Origin: an uncultured bacterium
GTDB lineage: Bacteria; Verrucomicrobiota; Kiritimatiellia; RFP12; UBA1067
Length of the DNA stretch: 64,000 bases
Direction: 5' to 3'
NCBI GenBank assembly: GCA_902772905.1
Contig: CACYCL010000198.1
Coordinates: 1,177 to 65,176, forward strand
The position numbers and the translations under genes were made by a program. This document shows positions 58,397-64,000 of the stretch, one piece after another (position 1 is the stretch's first letter; every line of letters starts with the position of its first letter). A model generated the notes under the pieces. That model saw only the letters and a list, made by a program, of their open reading frames with translations. It had not been told where the DNA came from and did no database searches.

Positions 58397-59575
58397 TTAC
58401 TTTCCCTGTGCCGCCTTCCACCTCATTACGTTTTCCATGTCCTTGTCGCCTCGTCCAGAGAGGTTAACGAGCAGTATTGCATCCTTGGGCAGTGTAGGTG
58501 CGCGCTTTATCGCTTCAGCTACGGCATGGCTCGACTCAAGCGCGGGTATGATTCCCTCGAACCTGCAGAGCGCATCAAATGCGGCAATGGCCTCGTTGTC
58601 GGTTATTACAGAATATTCCGCTCGTCCGATGTCATGCAAATGGCAGTGCTCCGGTCCGACGCCTGGATAGTCCAGCCCGGCTGAAACAGAATATGTGTCG
58701 ATTATGTTGCCGTCGTCCGTCTGAAGCAGCATTGTCTTCGCGCCATGCAGCACACCAAGACGTCCACCGTTTATCGATGCGGCATGCTCTCCGGTTGAAA
58801 GCCCCTTCCCGCCAGCTTCGACGCCGACCAGCTTTACGGCTGGATCGTCCATGAAGCCCGCGAAAAGCCCCATCGCATTCGATCCTCCGCCTACACACGC
58901 TATCGCCTGATCAGGAAGCCGTCCGTATCGCTCAAGGCACTGGCGACGAGCCTCGTCGCCTATGACGCGCTGGAAGTCACGAACCATCTCTGGATATGGC
59001 GCAGGGCCGGCTACCGTGCCAATTACGTAGAATGTGTCGTCGCAGTTAGTGACCCAGTCGCGCAAGGCCTCGTTCATCGCGTCCTTCAGGGTGGCGCTGC
59101 CTTCCGTTACGGCGTTTACCTTCGCTCCAAGCATCTTCATGCGCTCAACGTTCGGCGCTTGGCGCTCCACGTCTATTGCGCCCATGTAAACTTCGCACGG
59201 CATCCCTAGAAGCGCAGCGACTGTTGCCGTCGCAACTCCATGCATGCCAGCACCAGTCTCTGCGATAAGGCGCTTCTTGCCCATTCTCTTGGCAAGCAGC
59301 GCCTGGCCGATGGTGTTGTTCACTTTGTGTGCACCGGTATGATTGAGGTCTTCGCGCTTAAGAACTATCCTTGCTCCGCCCAGACGTGCGGAAAGGCGCT
59401 TTGCCTCCGTAATCGGAGACTCACGCCCGACATAGTCGCGCAGTATCTCATGGAACTCCTGCTGGAACTCAGGATCTGCCTTGGCAGATGCATATGCGGC
59501 TTCAAGCTCATTGAGCGGAGCCATAAGCGTTTCGGCGACATATTGTCCACCGTATATTCCGTAATGTGATTTCAT
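58397..59575 (-). CDS. trpB: Tryptophan synthase beta chain
   Basis: 392 aa, [15 protein letters not shown]. Confidence 0.95.
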   Translation of the reverse strand: MKSHYGIYGGQYVAETLMAPLNELEAAYASAKADPEFQQEFHEILRDYVGRESPITEAKRLSARLGGARIVLKREDLNHTGAHKVNNTIGQALLAKRMGKKRLIAETGAGMHGVATATVAALLGMPCEVYMGAIDVERQAPNVERMKMLGAKVNAVTEGSATLKDAMNEALRDWVTNCDDTFYVIGTVAGPAPYPEMVRDFQRVIGDEARRQCLERYGRLPDQAIACVGGGSNAMGLFAGFMDDPAVKLVGVEAGGKGLSTGEHAASINGGRLGVLHGAKTMLLQTDDGNIIDTYSVSAGLDYPGVGPEHCHLHDIGRAEYSVITDNEAIAAFDALCRFEGIIPALESSHAVAEAIKRAPTLPKDAILLVNLSGRGDKDMENVMRWKAAQGK

Positions 59576-59594
59576 GGTAGTTATTGGTTGATTA

Positions 59595-60374
59595 TTAGAT
59601 GTTCATTAGTTCTACGAGCTTGGAGGCAGGCGACTTTGCACGCATAAGCGCCGTGCCAACGAGAAAGCCATCGGCACCTGCGTCTTTAGCCCGAGCAATC
59701 GCCGCTGCATCATGCATGCCAGATTCCGCAATTCGTATGCACGACCTCGGGATGCAACCTATGAGACGCTCAAGAAGCGTTACATCGGTAGAGAAATCCC
59801 TTAGGTTGCGGCAGTTGACGCCTATCATTCCCGCTCCTGCGTCGACGGCACGCAGTATCTCGTCTTTGTCATGCGTCTCGACCAATGCGCGGAGGCCCAT
59901 TTCGCGGGCCAATCCGAGAAGGTCGGCAAGAGTCGAGTCGTCAAGTACAGCCGCAATCAGCAAAACAGCGTCGGCACCGGCTGCACGAGCCGCAGCGACC
60001 TGATAGCGCGTGGTTACGAAGTCCTTGTACAGAAGCGGCAAGGATGTCGCGTCACGCACGGCAGATAGATACGCCTCGTCGCCAAGAAAGCGGTGCGGTT
60101 CGCAGAGGACCGAAAGCGCTGCGGCGCCTGACGCCTCCAACTCCCGCGCAAGGGCAACGGGACGAAAATCTTCGCGAATCATTCCTTCAGAAGGCGACGC
60201 CCGCTTAAGTTCGGCGATCACGTTTACGCCGTCCTTGAGAAACGCCGTAGCGAAGTCGCGTGGCGATGGAGCCGCCGCCGCCAAACGCATCATATCCGGC
60301 ATGGAAACAGCCTTTTCCCGTTCAGCGGCATCGGCACGGCGAAGTTCTGAGAGTTCTTGCAGTATGTTTTTCAT
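59595..60374 (-). CDS. trpC: Indole-3-glycerol phosphate synthase
   Basis: 259 aa, [13 protein letters not shown]. Confidence 0.95.
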   Translation of the reverse strand: MKNILQELSELRRADAAEREKAVSMPDMMRLAAAAPSPRDFATAFLKDGVNVIAELKRASPSEGMIREDFRPVALARELEASGAAALSVLCEPHRFLGDEAYLSAVRDATSLPLLYKDFVTTRYQVAAARAAGADAVLLIAAVLDDSTLADLLGLAREMGLRALVETHDKDEILRAVDAGAGMIGVNCRNLRDFSTDVTLLERLIGCIPRSCIRIAESGMHDAAAIARAKDAGADGFLVGTALMRAKSPASKLVELMNI

Positions 60375-61984
60375 GCTTTTGCCGTCTCAATGAGCTTTGA
60401 GAGTTTTTCCATGGCGCGACCAGAGTCAATCGACTCGCAAGCGAGCGCTATAGCCGTCTTGTAGTCAGGCGACTTGCCGCCAACCAGTATTGCCGCGGCA
60501 GCATTCTCCACTGCCGCCGCTCGATAGGCTCCCTGCTCCTCGCCGCGCAGCACCGAAAGAAGAATCTTCGCGTTTTCCTTCGCATCGCCGCCCTTTATGT
60601 CGGCAGTCGCATGGTGCGAACCGTATGCTGCGCCGGCGTCCAGCAAAGTATTCTTCACAACACCGTCTTCAAGAGACGACACGAAAGTAAAGCCGCCGGG
60701 ACTTATCTCGTCAAGGCCGCCATCGCCCGATACAATCATCGAGCGCACGGAACCCAACCGCCGAAAGGTCTCGGCGAAAGTCATGGCCAACTGCTCGCCC
60801 GGAACTCCAATCACCTGCCTGCGCGCACCTGCCGGGTTTGTAAGCGGCCCGAGCAGGTTGAATAGTGTGCGAAAGCCAAGCGTCCGACGCACAGACGCAG
60901 CAAAGCGCATTGCCGGATGAAACTCCTTTGCAAACAAAAAGCCAACTCCAGCCTTGCGGACGCATTGCGAAACGGTTGCAGAATCAGCACCAAGGTTGTA
61001 TCCCAGCTCTGCGAGAACATCAGCCGAACCGCATGCAGATGTCGATGCTACATTGCCATGCTTCGCGATGGCAACGCCAGCGCCAGCAGCGATAAACGCC
61101 GCAGTCGTGGACACGTTGAACGTGCCTGCGCCATCGCCTCCTGTACCGACGATATCAACTATGTCCTCATCGGCAAGGTCCACTTTCACCCCTGCCGAAC
61201 TCATCGCCCTCGCAGCGCCGGCAAGCTCATCCGCCGTGACAGGATTCTTGGCGAACGCCGTCAGGAACGCCGCAAGTTCCGCCTCGCCCACTTCGCCCGA
61301 CATGACTGCGGAGAAAAAACCTTCGGCCTCTTCCTCGCTGGGCGACGCACCTTCCAGCCCGCGCAGCAGTATTGCACGGCGCACAGATAGCGGTGCGCTA
61401 CGCTTCGGACGGCGTCCAGTTGCAATCGCAAGCAGATTCGCAAGCTGGCGGGCACCCTGCGATGTCCCGATGGACTCTGGGTGATACTGCACGCACTCTA
61501 TGGGCAGCGACTTGTGCCGAAGGCCCATTATCTCGCCGTCCTCGCTTTCGGCGGTAATCTCAAGGCAGCCTGGCAAAGTTGCACGGTCAACAGCCAGCGA
61601 ATGGTAACGCATTGCCTCAAAACCTTGATCAAGTCCAGCAAAAAGCCCCTTCCCGTCATGCCTAAGTCTGCTCGTCTTGCCATGCATCAACCGTTTGGCT
61701 GGAACAATGCGCGCACCAAATGCCTGAGCAATCGACTGATGCCCAAGACACACGCCGAACAGTGGCACCTTCCCGGCAAATTCGCGTATTGCGGCAAGCG
61801 TCACTCCTGCCGAATTCGGATTCCCCGGACCTGGCGAGAACAGTATCGCTGATGGAGCGAGCGCAGCGATTCCAGCAATGTCTATTTCGTCGTTGCGCAC
61901 TACCTTCATGTCGGCGCCAAGTGCGCCAAGACCCTGAACGAGGTTGTACGTGAAAGAATCATAGTTGTCTATTACAAGTATCAT
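60371..61984 (-). CDS. trpGD: Fused anthranilate synthase component II (glutamine amidotransferase) / anthranilate phosphoribosyltransferase
   Basis: 537 aa. The N-terminus MILVIDNYDSFTYNLVQ ... GVCLGHQ is TrpG-like. The C-terminus VDIVGTGGDGAGTFNVST is TrpD-like. Confidence 0.9.
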   Translation of the reverse strand: MILVIDNYDSFTYNLVQGLGALGADMKVVRNDEIDIAGIAALAPSAILFSPGPGNPNSAGVTLAAIREFAGKVPLFGVCLGHQSIAQAFGARIVPAKRLMHGKTSRLRHDGKGLFAGLDQGFEAMRYHSLAVDRATLPGCLEITAESEDGEIMGLRHKSLPIECVQYHPESIGTSQGARQLANLLAIATGRRPKRSAPLSVRRAILLRGLEGASPSEEEAEGFFSAVMSGEVGEAELAAFLTAFAKNPVTADELAGAARAMSSAGVKVDLADEDIVDIVGTGGDGAGTFNVSTTAAFIAAGAGVAIAKHGNVASTSACGSADVLAELGYNLGADSATVSQCVRKAGVGFLFAKEFHPAMRFAASVRRTLGFRTLFNLLGPLTNPAGARRQVIGVPGEQLAMTFAETFRRLGSVRSMIVSGDGGLDEISPGGFTFVSSLEDGVVKNTLLDAGAAYGSHHATADIKGGDAKENAKILLSVLRGEEQGAYRAAAVENAAAAILVGGKSPDYKTAIALACESIDSGRAMEKLSKLIETAKA

Positions 61985-61999
61985 GGCTAATACCCTTTT

Positions 62000-63436
62000 T
62001 TACAGTTTCTCGGCGAAACGAACCGCCTCAAATGCAGCCTTTGCCTTGTTAATCGTCTCGTCATATTCTCTGTCCGGATCAGAGTCTGCAACGATCCCTG
62101 CCCCGGTACGGAGAGTGAGCGTTCCATTCTCAAGCACGAGTGTTCTGATCACGATTGCAAAATCCATGTCACCAGTGAACGAGAAGTAGCCCGCCGCTCC
62201 GCCGTACACTCCGCGCGGCGACTTCTCAAACTCCGCAATGAGCTGCATAGCTCGCACCTTAGGCGCCCCAGAGAGCGTTCCTGCGGGGAACGCCGCCTTA
62301 AGCAAATCAACGGCATCGCGCCCAGCGGCAAGTGTCCCACGTACATTGCTGACAAGATGCATTACATGCGAATAACGCTCTACATGCGCATATCGCTCTA
62401 CCTTGACACTGCCGATTTCCGAAACTCGGCCAAGGTCGTTGCGTCCAAGATCCACCAGCATTACATGCTCGGCACGCTCCTTCTCGTCTGCCAACAGCTC
62501 TCGCTCAAGCGCAGCATCTTCCGCTGACGAAGCGCCACGTGGACGCGTCCCGGCAATTGGCGCCGTGGATGCGATACGCCCAGAGAGCTTCACGAGTTCC
62601 TCCGGCGACGACCCAATGAGCGTCTTCGAACCCAATCGCAAAAAGAAATTATATGGTGATGGATTTACCATGCGCAGTGCACGATACAACGAAAGCGCCG
62701 AAACACTCGTATCGGCAGTGAACTTTTGCGAAGGCACGATCTGTATAACCTCGCCTGCGCGAATCGCGTCCTTGCACTTGCTGACAATTGCCCTGAATTC
62801 TTCGCGCGTCATTTCGGGCTTGAACTCGCCAGTATGCGACGACCCGCCGTTCCCGATTCGCTCTGCGGCGAAGCGGGCAATTGACTCGGCGCTCAGCAGC
62901 CTGTCATATACGGAGGCAATCCGTTCACGCGCAGCGGCAAAAACTTCGCCCAACGACGGAGCAGACTTCACGTCGACAACAACTACTACCATGACTGTAT
63001 CGCGCACATTGTCGAAAACCAGCACAGTACCGCACATGAGAAAAGCCGCAGAGGGCGTTCCTGCTTCGGTGCGCAATCCTACACTTGGTTCAAACGACTT
63101 CACTGCATCATAGGCGACGTATCCAACGGCTCCCCCCTGAAAAGACGGCAATTCCGGAACCGCCTCGTATTTAGCTGCAGCAAGCTCCGCACGAACCTTG
63201 TCGATCGCTCCATCGCCCTCGAACCTTGCATACGGATCAATTCCAAGGTACGAATAACGACCTCGCACCTCACCTCCCGACACACTTTCAAGCAGAAAAG
63301 CCTCCTCATCGTCGCCGAGGCGTGTGAGCGCTGCAACGGGAGTCTCGCGATCAGCAAGGAACTCCTTGAAAACCGCCACTCTGCCGGACCGTGCGGCTCG
63401 GCGCTTGAAATCTTCTTCTGATAATTCCTTTAGCAT
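62000..63436 (-). CDS. trpE: Anthranilate synthase component I
   Basis: 478 aa, chorismate-binding C-terminus GTLSGAPKVRAMQLI. Confidence 0.95.
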   Translation of the reverse strand: MLKELSEEDFKRRAARSGRVAVFKEFLADRETPVAALTRLGDDEEAFLLESVSGGEVRGRYSYLGIDPYARFEGDGAIDKVRAELAAAKYEAVPELPSFQGGAVGYVAYDAVKSFEPSVGLRTEAGTPSAAFLMCGTVLVFDNVRDTVMVVVVVDVKSAPSLGEVFAAARERIASVYDRLLSAESIARFAAERIGNGGSSHTGEFKPEMTREEFRAIVSKCKDAIRAGEVIQIVPSQKFTADTSVSALSLYRALRMVNPSPYNFFLRLGSKTLIGSSPEELVKLSGRIASTAPIAGTRPRGASSAEDAALERELLADEKERAEHVMLVDLGRNDLGRVSEIGSVKVERYAHVERYSHVMHLVSNVRGTLAAGRDAVDLLKAAFPAGTLSGAPKVRAMQLIAEFEKSPRGVYGGAAGYFSFTGDMDFAIVIRTLVLENGTLTLRTGAGIVADSDPDREYDETINKAKAAFEAVRFAEKL

Positions 63437-63457
63437 GTCTTTTTCCTTTCTTGACGT

Positions 63458-63498
63458 AAAAACAGGACGGGCCGACTCTCACTTGAGATTCGGCCCGC
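63458..63498 (-). terminator. trp attenuator terminator
   Basis: The minus strand reads GCGGGCCGAaTCTC-aagt-GAGAgTCGGCCCGT followed by CCTGTTTTT. It lies between the leader peptide and the trpE Shine-Dalgarno (AAGAAAGGAAAAAGAC-ATG). Confidence 0.65.
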
Positions 63499-63524
63499 TT
63501 TGCACCTAGCATCTTCCTTGGAGA

Positions 63525-63602
63525 CTACGCCGCGATGCTCACTGCGGAACCGAATCCACAGCGCCACCACCAGAAGTTGCTGAAGTATGCCTTGTTGTTC
63601 AT
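63525..63602 (-). CDS. trpL: trp operon leader peptide, 25 aa (MNNKAYFSNFWWWRCGFGSAVSIAA)
   Basis: Three consecutive TGG codons at 63564-63572. The ORF begins 8 nt after a TGGTACAAT -10 box and ends 27 nt before the terminator stem. Confidence 0.7.
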   Translation of the reverse strand: MNNKAYFSNFWWWRCGFGSAVSIAA

Positions 63603-63610
63603 TTGCGTGT

Positions 63611-63619
63611 ATTGTACCA
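63611..63619 (-). promoter_or_regulatory. Extended -10 promoter (TGGTACAAT) of the trp operon
   Basis: The minus strand reads ggtttTTGGTACAATacacgcaaATG. Confidence 0.5.
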
Positions 63620-63637
63620 AAAACCGCTTTGCTAATT

Positions 63638-63654
63638 CGTAACGCAATGTTACG
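63638..63654 (-). promoter_or_regulatory. Inverted repeat CGTAAC-n5-GTTACG over the -35 region of the trp promoter (candidate operator or glnS terminator stem)
   Basis: A perfect 6-bp inverted repeat with a 5-nt spacer, centred about 42 nt upstream of the predicted trp transcription start. Confidence 0.3.
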
Positions 63655-63678
63655 GATAAATACGCCTCCGTGCGCATA

Positions 63679-64000
63679 CTATTTGATGCCAATCGTTGGC
63701 TCTGGCTTGTAGCTGTCTTTGAGCGAGCATGTGCGGTTGAACACCGGCGCCCCTGGCTTGGAATCGTATTCATCCGCCACGAAGTAGCCTGTACGCTCAA
63801 ACTGGAAGCGATCTAGCCCCTTCGCCCCGGCAAGCGCCGGCTCGACATACGCCTTGACAACCTTCAGCGAATCAGGGTTCAGGTACTTGAGGAAGTTCTC
63901 GCTGCCGTCCTTCATCGGATCCTTCTCGGTGAATAGACGATCATAAAGACGCACTTCAGCCGTAACGCCAGTGGCGCAGTCAACCCAGTGGATCGTACCC
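63679..64000 (-). CDS. glnS: Glutamine--tRNA ligase, C-terminal part (5' end beyond the window)
   Basis: The frame is open to position 64000. GTIHWVDCATGVTAEVRLYDRLFTEKDP matches the GlnRS IHWV...RLYDRLF region. Confidence 0.85.
   Translation of the reverse strand, partial: GTIHWVDCATGVTAEVRLYDRLFTEKDPMKDGSENFLKYLNPDSLKVVKAYVEPALAGAKGLDRFQFERTGYFVADEYDSKPGAPVFNRTCSLKDSYKPEPTIGIK

Noticed and set aside
1-64000. Searched by eye for tRNA, rRNA or tmRNA genes, CRISPR arrays, transposase or integrase genes, prophage genes and toxin-antitoxin pairs.
   Set aside because: The intergenic regions are short (mostly under 100 bp). The longer ones (3874-4028, 31858-32028, 33903-34067, 46384-46629, 55877-56334, 63437-63678) are accounted for by promoters, leaders or terminators. 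No cloverleaf-like or repeat-spacer pattern was seen, and no ORF has recombinase-like motifs.

Overview
This is a 64-kb bacterial chromosomal segment, moderately GC-rich. Of the 47 protein-coding features I call (46 genes plus the 25-codon trp leader peptide), 46 lie on the minus strand; only 56335..57009 is on the plus strand. I saw no rRNA, tRNA, CRISPR array, IS element or phage genes.

Contents, from low to high coordinates:
- The first 1291 codons of an RHS/YD-repeat protein. It runs off the window start and is missing from the ORF track because it has no in-window stop.
- A stripped-down Tad-like module: CpaB, an FHA-CpaF ATPase and a single TadB/C.
- A trmJ-like gene and a lipoprotein gene.
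- A five-gene glycan-degradation cluster (GH106-like, esterase, GH2, IolB/KduI-like, GH5-like) that encloses a remnant of an LMW-PTP gene.
- A long co-directional housekeeping string: argS, pheT, an OorDABC-type 2-oxoacid:ferredoxin oxidoreductase, a DEAD-box helicase, rpsI-rplM, hisF, serC, a regulator, rnc, lysS, prfA, rpmE, murA, purD, two LysM proteins and scpAB.
- An orphan HydG-like radical-SAM gene.
- A 2585-aa mosaic surface protein, preceded by an FGE/SUMF1-domain protein and a roughly 300-nt structured leader.
- A DUF1080 gene.
- A complete trp operon (trpE-GD-C-B-A-F) with a Trp-Trp-Trp leader-peptide attenuator.
- The 3' end of glnS.

The gene content suggests an anaerobic glycan degrader, possibly from the PVC group (Lentisphaerota- or Kiritimatiellota-like). 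That is inference only.

The best candidates for something new are:
1. The minimal Tad-like module next to the RHS gene.
2. A recurrent TGnTAnAAT extended -10 box placed 6-8 nt before six start codons, which implies leaderless mRNAs.
3. The structured leader, FGE-domain protein and giant mosaic protein unit.
4. An uncharacterised protein with an RG-repeat region and a C2H2-like finger, sitting where pheS would normally be.

All calls come from reading the sequence and the ORF track. No searches or computations were run; GC statements are by eye.
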